Shown piece after piece: positions 9,645-18,312 of a DNA stretch of 36,972 bases (within the stretch, counting starts at the first letter, position 1; the number at the start of each line of letters is the position of its first letter). This DNA is from Dehalococcoidia bacterium UBA6627. Lineage in GTDB: Bacteria; Chloroflexota; Dehalococcoidia; UBA2979. Position numbers and translations under genes: made by a program. Where the stretch lies: NCBI GenBank assembly GCA_002455955.1, contig DKLZ01000062.1, forward strand, positions 1 through 36,972, read 5' to 3'. A model generated the notes under the pieces. That model had not been told where the DNA came from and searched no databases. It was given only the letters and a program-made list of their open reading frames with translations.

Positions 9645-9649
9645 TTGAG

Positions 9650-10261
9650 CTAAAAGACGAGCGGCTTCTCAGGTTTCGTTTCGTCCTCGACCTCTTCAAT
9701 GGCTTCCTTGCCAGGTTGCGAGGAAGAAGCGACGGACTTCGCTTCGGGTGCGGCCACAACGGGCATATGAGATGGACCCGGGACCCCCCTGGGCGGCTCA
9801 TCTCCATTCACATCAGCACTGACAATCGAACCAGTGGTGCTAGCCAATGAACTACTACTTGGCACTTCATCTTGACCATTGGCAACTTCCTCAGGGGCCT
9901 GCTTATCAGGAATCAGCCCCCCACTGTGTTCTTCAATACTCGAACGGACTTCTCCCAGCTCCCCAGCTGCCTCAGAACTAACCTCCTCTACCTCACCCTT
10001 AACTTCGGCCAACTCCTCCCTCACTTCCCGAACCGAGATTTGAACCTCTTGCATATCAGAACGTACGGCCTCCATCTCCTCATTGAGGTAGGTGAACTCC
10101 TCACTAAATTCATCTCTCACAACCCTGGCATAGCGCTGGAGCTTCTTGACTCCCCGCCCAAGGTAATAGGCCATCTCGGGCATGCGACGGGGACCCACAA
10201 CGATCACGATGAGTACCGCGACGAGGAGTATTTCCTGGTAGCCAACGCCCAGGACTTCCAA
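9650..10261 (-). CDS. tatB: twin-arginine translocase TatB/TatA-family subunit
   Basis: GVGYQEILLVAVLIVIVVGPRRMPEMAYYLGRGVKKL (TM helix with E, GP hinge, amphipathic helix) and a long acidic tail; adjacent to tatC; TTG start. Confidence 0.85.
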   Translation of the reverse strand: MEVLGVGYQEILLVAVLIVIVVGPRRMPEMAYYLGRGVKKLQRYARVVRDEFSEEFTYLNEEMEAVRSDMQEVQISVREVREELAEVKGEVEEVSSEAAGELGEVRSSIEEHSGGLIPDKQAPEEVANGQDEVPSSSSLASTTGSIVSADVNGDEPPRGVPGPSHMPVVAAPEAKSVASSSQPGKEAIEEVEDETKPEKPLVF

Positions 10262-10295
10262 AGCTGACGCTCCAGAGCGGCGGGGGACAGGGACC

Positions 10296-10556
10296 TTAGT
10301 CGCTGTCCTCGATGCCGTGGTCTTGGAGATAGTCTACCGCGTCCTGCACGGTGACGATCTTTTCGGCATCTTCATCACTGATCTCAAGCTGAACGTCGCC
10401 GGAAAATTCTTCCTCCAGCGACATTATTAGCTCGACCAAATCAAGGGAATCCGCCTCAAGGTCATCAACGAAGGAAGCTGTAGAAACAACATCGCTTTCA
10501 TCGACGCCCAATTGCTCGACAACAATAGTTCGGACACGCTCAAAGGTAGAAGCCAC
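10296..10556 (-). CDS. acpP: acyl carrier protein
   Basis: [24 protein letters not shown] with the DSL phosphopantetheine site; [12 protein letters not shown]. Confidence 0.98.
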   Translation of the reverse strand: MASTFERVRTIVVEQLGVDESDVVSTASFVDDLEADSLDLVELIMSLEEEFSGDVQLEISDEDAEKIVTVQDAVDYLQDHGIEDSD

Positions 10557-11036
10557 CTAAGTCTCCTGGGGGGTTGATGTTGGCTCGCACAGCTCTTGTT
10601 CTCTAGCTGTACTGATCTCTTTGCCTAAGGTCCGCAGCACACCGTTTACGAATCCCGCTGACGTCTCGCTACCATAGCGATGCGCAAGCTCGACAGCTTC
10701 GTTAACAACAGCTCCGATCGGGACCGAATTATCGTGAAGGAGCTCCCAGACCGCAAGTCTCAAGATGATACGTTCAACAACGGGAAGAGTTCCAAGGGGG
10801 TGCCGAGGAGCTACCGGCTGAAGTCGTCGGTCAAGTTTTTCCCGCGTAGCAAGGACACCTCGAAGGACCTGCCGACCATATGCAGATGGCCTTTTAGAGG
10901 TTACCTCTTGGTCCTCTTCGGATACTTCTCCTAAACGGCGATCAAAGGCTACTTCAGCATCATGACCAGCAGTTTCTGATTCGTAGAGGGCCTCAATTAC
11001 CAAGCAGCGGGCGCGACGCAAGACGTGGTCGGTCAC
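10557..11036 (-). CDS. nusB: transcription antitermination factor NusB
   Basis: [36 protein letters not shown]...SAGFVNGVL. Confidence 0.93.
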   Translation of the reverse strand: MTDHVLRRARCLVIEALYESETAGHDAEVAFDRRLGEVSEEDQEVTSKRPSAYGRQVLRGVLATREKLDRRLQPVAPRHPLGTLPVVERIILRLAVWELLHDNSVPIGAVVNEAVELAHRYGSETSAGFVNGVLRTLGKEISTAREQELCEPTSTPQET

Positions 11037-11782
11037 GCCATCACCATGCCGCCATCAACATGAATACACTGGCCAGTAATGTAAGAGGCACCAGGACCAG
11101 CCAGGAAACGCACCAGCGGTGCAACCTCTTCGGGGCCTGCAAACCGATCTAACGGAACCTGAACTCGAACACTATCCCGTTGTTCCTCTGTTAATGGAGC
11201 TGTTATATCCGTTTCGATAAAACCCGGAGCAATAGCATTCACAGTAACTCCCCTTGATGCTACCTCCCGAGCAAGTGAGCGGGTGAATCCAATGAGGCCG
11301 GCTTTTGAGGCCGCATAGTTCACCTGACCAGCATTACCCATTACACCGATAACGCTACTGACGTTGATCACACGGCCCGCAGGAGAACGGAGGAGCGAGC
11401 GAAGAGAGGCTTTCGTAACAGCAAACACACCTCGTAAGTTGGTCTCTTGAACAATATCCCAGTCGTCCTCTGACATACGCATCAGAAGTCCATCGCGCGT
11501 TATGCCGGCATTGTTCACAAGAATATCTAGACCGCCCAGCTCCGCAGATGCCGTTTTGACGAGCTCTACCGCCTGAGCACTTTCAGCAATATCAGCAGAG
11601 ATAGCAGTAGCCACCCCTCCTTCAGCCTGGATAGCATCAACTACTTCCCGAGCTGCTTCACCACTAGCGTTGTAGTTCACCGCCACGCTAGCACCAGCAC
11701 GAGCAAGCTCGAGGCAAATCGCACGGCCAATGCCCCGTGAGCCACCCGTTACCAGAGCTCGGCATCCTTCAAGCTCGGACAT
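11033..11782 (-). CDS. fabG: 3-oxoacyl-ACP reductase
   Basis: [38 protein letters not shown]; fab cluster context. Confidence 0.96.
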   Translation of the reverse strand: MSELEGCRALVTGGSRGIGRAICLELARAGASVAVNYNASGEAAREVVDAIQAEGGVATAISADIAESAQAVELVKTASAELGGLDILVNNAGITRDGLLMRMSEDDWDIVQETNLRGVFAVTKASLRSLLRSPAGRVINVSSVIGVMGNAGQVNYAASKAGLIGFTRSLAREVASRGVTVNAIAPGFIETDITAPLTEEQRDSVRVQVPLDRFAGPEEVAPLVRFLAGPGASYITGQCIHVDGGMVMA

Positions 11783-11784
11783 AG

Positions 11785-12810
11785 CTATAACTCGACGCGG
11801 ACTGACTCGGCACTATTGACGGTGATGCAAGTAGAGCCGCGGAGCATACGTTTGATGATACCGCTCAGAACTCGCCCTGGGCCGAACTCAATAAAGGTAC
11901 CCACGCCCTGCTCCCCCAAAAACTCTACAGTGCGCGCCCATTGGACAGGCCGGTGAACCTGATCCACCAACTCGTTTCGCACGTCAGTTATGTCATTGAT
12001 GGCAGTCGCCGTACAGTTTCCAACAACAGGAACACTTAGCTCATTGAATGTCGTAGTTGCCACGGGATTGACCATTCCCTCTGCCGCGGAGCTCATGAGG
12101 GAGCTATGGAAAGCACCACTCACATTAAGAGGAATAACCTTTTTTGCACCCCGGGCCTGAGCATAATCGAGAGCCCGCACAACTGACTCACGAGACCCGC
12201 CAATCACAATTTGGCCAGGAGCGTTAATGGTGCATATCTCGGCACCAGACTCACGACACACATCCTCGCACTCGCTGACATCAAGACCAATCACTGCAGC
12301 CATCGTACCGGGGCGAGCCTTGCCAGCAGCAGCCATCAGCTCTCCCCGCATTCGGAGGAGGAGAATCGCATCATCGAAACTAAGGGCACCAGCGGCAACC
12401 AAGGCGGGATACTCACCAAGGGAGTGCCCTGCCACGAAGGCAGGCCTCTCCAACAGGTCGGGGTTCAGATCCGAGGCAACTCGTAGCAGGGCAAGACTCG
12501 TCACTGCGATGGCTGGCTGCGTGTTTTGTGTCTCCTGCAGCTCATCTTCTGGCCCTTGGAAACAAATGCGCGAGAGGGGCACCCCTAGAATCTCATCGGC
12601 CCGATCGAATAGCTCTCGCGCCGCTGGAAATTCGTCGTACAGGTCCTTTCCCATGCCCACTACCTGTGCTCCCTGTCCGGGAAAAACGAAAGCACGTAAG
12701 TCCTGGACGCTCTCTCGAAGCGCAAGGAAAGAAGTAGAAGACGTGGGAGCTACCCTTCCAGATTCGGATCCGGCATCCTCAGAACCTCTCGACCTCGGTA
12801 TGTCCCGCAT
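11785..12810 (-). CDS. fabD: malonyl-CoA:ACP transacylase (start uncertain)
   Basis: [36 protein letters not shown]. The nearest in-frame ATG upstream of FPGQG is at 12810, inside rpmF; the frame is open to 13002. Confidence 0.9.
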   Translation of the reverse strand: MRDIPRSRGSEDAGSESGRVAPTSSTSFLALRESVQDLRAFVFPGQGAQVVGMGKDLYDEFPAARELFDRADEILGVPLSRICFQGPEDELQETQNTQPAIAVTSLALLRVASDLNPDLLERPAFVAGHSLGEYPALVAAGALSFDDAILLLRMRGELMAAAGKARPGTMAAVIGLDVSECEDVCRESGAEICTINAPGQIVIGGSRESVVRALDYAQARGAKKVIPLNVSGAFHSSLMSSAAEGMVNPVATTTFNELSVPVVGNCTATAINDITDVRNELVDQVHRPVQWARTVEFLGEQGVGTFIEFGPGRVLSGIIKRMLRGSTCITVNSAESVRVEL

Positions 12811-12947
12811 ACCGGGCAGGTCTGGTGGGCGAGCCGCGGCGCGCGACACTGGGTACACGTCACGATATGGGGCGTGCGCAGGCGATGATGGCCGCGACGC
12901 TTGCGCTGGCGCGTACGTGGATACTTGCGCTTGGGAAGGGGGGCCAT
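12750..12947 (-). CDS. rpmF: 50S ribosomal protein bL32 (zinc-binding C4 type)
   Basis: MAPLPKRKYPRTRQRKRRGH...CTQC...[15 protein letters not shown]; SD AGGGAG upstream; follows yceD. Confidence 0.96.
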   Translation of the reverse strand: MAPLPKRKYPRTRQRKRRGHHRLRTPHIVTCTQCRAPRLAHQTCPVCGTYRGREVLRMPDPNLEG

Positions 12948-13021
12948 CGTTCAGCTCCCTAAGAGTTATTGAACTCGCAGCCTTCTCGCTCATGTTGGTC
13001 AATTCCGGTCCAGCACGCGAG

Positions 13022-13537
13022 TCAGAGCTTGCTCTCTTTCAGCTTGGCCAGAGCAGCCCAACGAGGGTCACTGGCCTCAGACACACAGGCACATTTACCT
13101 GTGTTTAGATCTATTCCGCAACTTCCACAGAAACCCTGACAGTTAGTGCTGCAGAGCGGCTGCATGGGTGCAGAAGCCTCACAATATTGCCGTACACCTT
13201 CCGTAATGTCGATCAGGTGGCTTCGAGAGATGGTAAACGCCTCTGGATCGATATCGGAGTTGCCTAGCTCAACTCCGCTGCCAACATCGAAGCGCTGCTC
13301 GTAGACCTCATCGAACTCAATCGGTGTGGGTAGAGCAAGGGGGGTAAGGCACCGCGCACACTCTGCTTCTATTGCGATCTCTAGAGAAGCTCTTACCAAA
13401 GCACCAGAGCCTATCCGTACCAGCTCGACCTCTCCACCAAGCAGAGACCCTTCGGCCTTAAGTTGGTGGACCTTAGAGGCACTCGTGTCACCAGAGAGTA
13501 GCTGAGCAACGTTGAAAGTTAGGCCAGGAAGCTCCAA
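13022..13537 (-). CDS. YceD/DUF177 family protein
   Basis: ECARCL, IDITEGVRQ, PMQPLC..C.GFC..CG.DLN...C.C, DPRWAALAKL. SD AAGGAGG precedes TTG 13537. Canonical position upstream of rpmF. Confidence 0.92.
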   Translation of the reverse strand: MELPGLTFNVAQLLSGDTSASKVHQLKAEGSLLGGEVELVRIGSGALVRASLEIAIEAECARCLTPLALPTPIEFDEVYEQRFDVGSGVELGNSDIDPEAFTISRSHLIDITEGVRQYCEASAPMQPLCSTNCQGFCGSCGIDLNTGKCACVSEASDPRWAALAKLKESKL

Positions 13538-13746
13538 AAGCCCCTCCTTCAAGACCAAAATCAGTATATCCCTGCATGTACCCACACCATATCCCCATGC
13601 CATATCTGCAACCCCAGTTTGCATTCTTCAGAGTCTCGTGAAACATAAGGATGCAATGGCGAAACAGATCCGGCCGAGAGAGCTCCTCGGCCGTTTACGG
13701 GCCCTACATCCTCGTCCTACTCTTTGCCGATAGGGTTAGCCTCCGT

Positions 13747-14448
13747 ATGCCTAAGGTCGCAGACCTCGCTTCTCTCCAACAGCACGACGATATCCTCGCA
13801 GGATTGACTACAAACCTGAGCGAGACGCGAGCGGATCTGGAAAACGACTCAGCACACCGAGCGGCCCAAGCCGCTGTCGCTGAGGCAGACGAACACTGTG
13901 CGTCCTTAGAACGTGAACAAAATGGCCTGGAAGATGAAATTGCCATCCTCCGTGAAAAGATATCCCGAGAAGAGGGTCGTCTCTACGACGGCACTGTGAA
14001 TCTCCCTAAAGAACTCACAGACCTCCAACAAGAAATAGCGTCCCTTCGCTCCCATCTTTCCGACATCGAAGATACGGAGCTTGCCTTGCTGGACAAGCTC
14101 GAGGCAGCAGAGACAAGCCAAAAGGAGGCTCATGCCGCACTTGGGCGAGAAGAAGCCGCAACTCGGGAGAAACAGAATCGCCTGGAAAACATCATCGTCA
14201 AAGTAGAAAGTGAGATAGCAGCGACGAATTCCGAACGAGAGTCCTGCCGGGGAAGGCTAACGGCATCGCTATTAGCCCAATATGACGACCTGCGGCGGCG
14301 GAAGGGCGGGATCGCAGTCACCCACCTTCGAGCAGGAGCCTGTACAGGGTGCCGGGTAAGCGTGCCGCCCTCGGCACGCAAGCGCTCACTGGACCCAGAG
14401 ACACCGGCGCCATGCCCGAACTGCGAACGTATTCTGGTGGGTTACTAG
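13747..14448 (+). CDS. coiled-coil protein with C-terminal C4-type zinc ribbon (DUF164 / CdsZ-like)
   Basis: LASLQQHD start, long heptad region with KELTDLQQEI, YDDLRRRKGG.AV, CTGC...CPNCERIL. Confidence 0.9.
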   Translation: MPKVADLASLQQHDDILAGLTTNLSETRADLENDSAHRAAQAAVAEADEHCASLEREQNGLEDEIAILREKISREEGRLYDGTVNLPKELTDLQQEIASLRSHLSDIEDTELALLDKLEAAETSQKEAHAALGREEAATREKQNRLENIIVKVESEIAATNSERESCRGRLTASLLAQYDDLRRRKGGIAVTHLRAGACTGCRVSVPPSARKRSLDPETPAPCPNCERILVGY

Positions 14449-14452
14449 AAAG

Positions 14453-15868
14453 ATGAAGGCTATCGGATACTTCGTAGAAGGAACTCAGGCCAACGGAGCC
14501 GAGCGCACCCTAAGCCAACAAACTGACCGGTTTCTTGCCTTCTGCCAAAAACACGGCTACCAGGTGGCAGCTACTTTTGTTGATACAAAAGAAGCAGAAG
14601 AAGCGGAGAACGGCTTTCACCAGATGCTGAACTTTATCGAGCGAGGAGACCATGGTTTTGTTGTAGCAGTAGTAGACGGCTTAGGGGTGTTAGGAAGCGA
14701 CCTGGGCAGAGCTGCTGTAAAGATGCTCACCATCGAAGAAGCAGGGGCCACCGTATACGAAGCAGAAAGCGGAGAGGAGGCGGCCCGCGCCATAGTGGGC
14801 CAGTGGAGTGAAAAGGAGGCAGGTACCCCCGTTTCCGAGCGCGTTAGAGCGGCGATGCGCCGCAGAGCAGTCCGAGGAGAGGCACTCGGACGCCCACCCT
14901 ATGGCTATTGCGTAGGTGCTAACCGGCGCCTCGAGATCGTCCCCGATGAAGCAGTGGTCGTGCAATACATTTTTCGATTGTATTTGGACGAGGCACTCGG
15001 AATCAGGCGCATAGCAGGACGGCTAAACGAAGAAAACATCCCCACACGTAGAGGTGGCCAGTGGAGCATGGTCAGTGTGAGGGACATCCTGCGGAATCGC
15101 GCCTATCTGGGAACCTACTCACGCTTTGGCGTACGCATTCCCGACAGCCATCCTGCCCTGGTCAGTCCTTCGGATTTCCGAAAGGTGCAGGAAAACATGG
15201 CTAAACGCCGCCGTGGAGGCACAGGACGGTCACTCAAGCCGTTTCTGCTAAGCGGCCTGGTGTTCTGTGGGCGCTGCGGTAACCGCATGATAGGTGTAAG
15301 TCGACGGCAAAACTGGACCACGCAGGGCGGAGAAGAGCGCAACGCCATATATCGTTACTACCAATGCGAAAGCCGTACGAACCAGAACACATGCTCCTAT
15401 AACACCCAGCGAGAGGCGGAACTGGAGCTCCGCGTAAGAGAGCTCCTAGAGGAACCAAACGGCAAAACGGCACGGCTACAAAGAGCTGGAGGGGCGGATG
15501 CCTACGCTGAGGAAATAACTGGCCAGCTTGGACGCATTGAAGGACGTCTCCGACAGAATCGCCGTCAGGTGGAAACGCTAGTGGGAGAAGCTGCAAGTGG
15601 CCAAATCCCCATCGAGCGAATGAAGACCTTGGGATCCTCATTCGTAAGGGAGCAGCGTGAGCTAGAGAAGGAAGCCCAAGACACTCGGGCACGCCTCGCT
15701 GCAGAGCGCACTGAAGCCGAACGAAAAGAACAGGCAGAAGCTACTCGTCAACAACTACTTACCCGCTGGGAAGACCTCGATCTAGACAAACGACAAGCCC
15801 TGCTCCGAGAAATCGTTGACCGAATCGAGGTCGATGGTGAGGACGCCCACTTATTGAGGCGCAACTGA
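14453..15868 (+). CDS. large serine recombinase family protein, catalytic motifs degenerate
   Basis: Resolvase-like N-domain, recombinase domain (GRPPYGY, IAGRLN, W..SVRDILRN.AYLG, HPALVS), zinc ribbon (LLSGLVFCGRCG..YYQC), coiled coil, LLREIVDRIEV. Confidence 0.9.
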   Translation: MKAIGYFVEGTQANGAERTLSQQTDRFLAFCQKHGYQVAATFVDTKEAEEAENGFHQMLNFIERGDHGFVVAVVDGLGVLGSDLGRAAVKMLTIEEAGATVYEAESGEEAARAIVGQWSEKEAGTPVSERVRAAMRRRAVRGEALGRPPYGYCVGANRRLEIVPDEAVVVQYIFRLYLDEALGIRRIAGRLNEENIPTRRGGQWSMVSVRDILRNRAYLGTYSRFGVRIPDSHPALVSPSDFRKVQENMAKRRRGGTGRSLKPFLLSGLVFCGRCGNRMIGVSRRQNWTTQGGEERNAIYRYYQCESRTNQNTCSYNTQREAELELRVRELLEEPNGKTARLQRAGGADAYAEEITGQLGRIEGRLRQNRRQVETLVGEAASGQIPIERMKTLGSSFVREQRELEKEAQDTRARLAAERTEAERKEQAEATRQQLLTRWEDLDLDKRQALLREIVDRIEVDGEDAHLLRRN

Positions 15869-16272
15869 TGAATTTAGCGGTCTTTGCTGATGGCGCTAGT
15901 CGAGGAAATCCGGGGCCCGCTTCTATCGGTGCCAGTGTGCAGGACGATAGCGGAAATGAACTCACATCCGTAAGCCAGACGATCGGCCAAGCAACCAACA
16001 ACGTGGCCGAATATCGAGCCGCTATTGCTGGAGTACACGCCGCTCACCAGCTCGGGGCAACCAGCATTGACCTTCGGCTAGATAGCGAGTTGATAGTTCG
16101 TCAGTTAGCAGGCCGTTACAAAGTAAAGAATGCCGCCCTCCAACCCCTTTTCATAGCGTTGGTTGAAGCCCTGGAAGCTGTCGGACCATATACGGTCGGC
16201 CACATACCCCGGAAGAAAAATGCGCGGGCGGATGCGCTTGCAAATGCTGCACTTGACCAGGCCCAACGCTAG
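15868..16272 (+). CDS. rnhA: ribonuclease HI
   Basis: ADGASRGNPG, TNNVAEY, DSELIVRQL, HIPRKKNARAD: all four DEDD catalytic residues present. Confidence 0.93.
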   Translation: MNLAVFADGASRGNPGPASIGASVQDDSGNELTSVSQTIGQATNNVAEYRAAIAGVHAAHQLGATSIDLRLDSELIVRQLAGRYKVKNAALQPLFIALVEALEAVGPYTVGHIPRKKNARADALANAALDQAQR

Positions 16273-16304
16273 TCAACTGGCAATTACCGCCGTACGCTGA
16301 GGGT

Positions 16305-16675
16305 GGTCAGCGGGCCGGGCGGCCGCACTGAGGCAATTACGTCACAGTGAGGAAAGTCCGGACTCCGCCGGGTAAGGGCGCCAGGTAACACCTGGGCGGC
16401 GTAAGCCGACGGAAAGTGCAACAGAAACATACCGCCCGCAGTGCTGCGGGTAAGGGTGAAATGGTGCGGTAAGAGCGCACCGGTGGACTGGTAACAGGAC
16501 ACGCTGAGGCAAACCCCACTCGGAGCAAGACCAAATAGGGGAGCATCGAGGGTCCGGACTCGCTCCCGGGTAGGTCGCACAAGATGACGGGTAACCGTTA
16601 TCGTAGATGGATGATCATCGCCGCAAGCTTTCGCAGTGCTGGCGGTACAGAATTCGGCTTATAGGTCACCTGAAC
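16305..16675 (+). ncRNA. rnpB: RNase P RNA (bacterial type A)
   Basis: GAGGAAAGTCCGGACTC, GAAAGTGCAACAGA, GGGTGAAATGGTGCGGTAAGAGCGCACC, GGAGCAAG.CCAAATAGG and ACAGAATTCGGCTTATAG. Ends approximate. Confidence 0.97.
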
Positions 16676-16680
16676 AGCGA

Positions 16681-16710
16681 CACACACCCTCGGATATCCG
16701 GGGGTGTGTG
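16681..16710 (+). terminator. hairpin downstream of rnpB
   Basis: CACACACCCTCGG-ATAT-CCGGGGGTGTGTG, a 13-bp stem with one G:U. The U-tract is weak. Confidence 0.6.
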
Positions 16711-16829
16711 CTATGACGAGACTGTGGCTAGGATTGCTTAAGAAAACAGATCCGATAGGGGCATTGCGCTAGCATCTCCTCGGAATGTTCCGTCACGAAA
16801 TCGTGGCCGCATATTAGATGGAGTTAAAC

Positions 16830-17705
16830 GTGATCGAATTTGTAAATATCGACCACATTGCTCAAGCCGTAAGGGATGCGGACAAACAAGTGCAATTCCT
16901 AAGTGATGTGCTGGGTCTAAGAGTAGTAGATGGTGGATACGCTGATGACAGTTTTCGAACGGTCATGCTTGCTGTCCCCGGAACTTCAAAGATCGGTTGG
17001 GAAGTTATGGAGCCAGTCGGGCCAAGTTCTTACCTCAATCGTTTTCTAGAAGGTGTGCGTGGGCCCGGTCTACATCATCTTTCAATGCGAGTTCGATCTG
17101 TCGAGAAGGCTCGTACGTCGATTCGCGCACTTGATATTGAACCGTGGGGAAATGAAAAAGGCATCACTTACATACACCCGATGCAGGGTGGGCAAGGATT
17201 TTTGTATCAATTCTTTGAAGGGGAGAATTGGTACAAGGCCGAAATATTTGAGGACGATAGTGATCACACTCTTGGAATTATTGCTGTGAACCATATCGCG
17301 CATGCTTGTTCTGATCGTGACGAACTCAGCGCGTGGTACGAACGGACAATGGGCTGCGAAGCGTTTTGGCGTGCGCCCGATAACTTGCAACGAGATTTCC
17401 AGACATGTGTTTTAGAGTCCCCCACCAAGCAAATGCGTATAGAGACAATTGCACCAGTGGGTGAGGAATCTTTTGTCAGGCGATTCCTTGACCAGAGAGG
17501 CCCTGGCGTGCACCACCTTACCGTTGAAGTTGCTGACTGGGACCGTGCAGCGAATGCGCTCCTTCATCACGATATCCGCTCTTTCAGCGAACGAGAAGGG
17601 ACTACCGAAGGAGTCTTGTGGCGAGAGGCGTTTATTCACCCGAAGGAGACCGGAGGAGTGCTGCTTCAATATTTTTGGCAGGAAAAACCCGGTTACTGGA
17701 TCTAA
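16830..17705 (+). CDS. tandem VOC-family protein (two methylmalonyl-CoA epimerase-like domains)
   Basis: Two repeats: IDHIAQAV / NHIAHAC, FLEGVRGPGLHHL / FLDQRGPGVHHL, YIHPMQGGQGFLYQF / FIHPKETGGVLLQY. GGAG precedes GTG 16830. Confidence 0.85.
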   Translation: MIEFVNIDHIAQAVRDADKQVQFLSDVLGLRVVDGGYADDSFRTVMLAVPGTSKIGWEVMEPVGPSSYLNRFLEGVRGPGLHHLSMRVRSVEKARTSIRALDIEPWGNEKGITYIHPMQGGQGFLYQFFEGENWYKAEIFEDDSDHTLGIIAVNHIAHACSDRDELSAWYERTMGCEAFWRAPDNLQRDFQTCVLESPTKQMRIETIAPVGEESFVRRFLDQRGPGVHHLTVEVADWDRAANALLHHDIRSFSEREGTTEGVLWREAFIHPKETGGVLLQYFWQEKPGYWI

Positions 17706-17812
17706 TCAATCGTAAATCTATCTCCGAGCGAATGCTGAACGTCTGTGGGATTTAGTGCGACAATTTGCTGCATTTGTTTGAAGTGAATCTTGGAATTCGA
17801 TACGGGAGTTCT

Positions 17813-18229
17813 TTAGGTTTTCATCAAAGTTGCACCACGAGCAGTGACACGTTCGATGTCGATCACTACAGCGCATCCTAACTTTTCGGGATCGCGATTC
17901 CGCTCCGGTTCAGGGGAATGTTCATAGACATGTTGAGATTCTTCTCCAGCCTCGAGGACACGCGCTTGACCGTAGAACTGCCATGAGAGCTTTTCAATGG
18001 GATTGCGATAAAGAAATGCCATGCGCGGATTACTGGGGATTCGATTAAGTAGACCGGCTTCTGGGTTACGTACCCAAATTGCGAGTTGATCGGAGGAATG
18101 GACTTGTGCGCTCCCGTAGAACGAGATGGTAGGTTGCCCTTGGTCGTCGACACTACTAGCTATTAGGGGCAGTTGATCGGCCAAAGCGCTGCCGATGAAC
18201 TTTCGCATTTGGTCAGTGAGTTTGATCAT
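17813..18229 (-). CDS. pyridoxamine 5'-phosphate oxidase-like (flavin/F420 split-barrel) protein
   Basis: IASSVDDQGQPTIS, LNRIPSNPRMAFL, WQFYGQARV, AVVIDIERV pattern. Confidence 0.75.
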   Translation of the reverse strand: MIKLTDQMRKFIGSALADQLPLIASSVDDQGQPTISFYGSAQVHSSDQLAIWVRNPEAGLLNRIPSNPRMAFLYRNPIEKLSWQFYGQARVLEAGEESQHVYEHSPEPERNRDPEKLGCAVVIDIERVTARGATLMKT

Positions 18230-18312
18230 CTGTACACCTTCAAGAAATCCATCACAATATAGTTAATGCTATATACCTCCATTGCTGTGCGTCCTGCCAT
18301 TACCATCGTCAT

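Noticed and set aside
12227-13108. 293-aa plus-strand ORF and similar long antisense ORFs (e.g. 4640-5104, 19595-20323)
   Set aside because: They lie antisense to well-supported genes and have Ser/Arg/Ala-rich shadow composition with no motifs.
14453-15868. Active integrase marking a prophage or genomic island
   Set aside because: The catalytic Ser/Arg motifs are absent, no att repeats or cargo were seen, and the gene is tightly coupled to housekeeping neighbours.
16284-16582. Minus-strand ORFs of 98 and 81 aa
   Set aside because: They are antisense shadows of the RNase P RNA gene.
16723-16731. DnaA-box-like TGTGGCTAG
   Set aside because: A single site with two mismatches to TGTGGATAA is not enough to call oriC.
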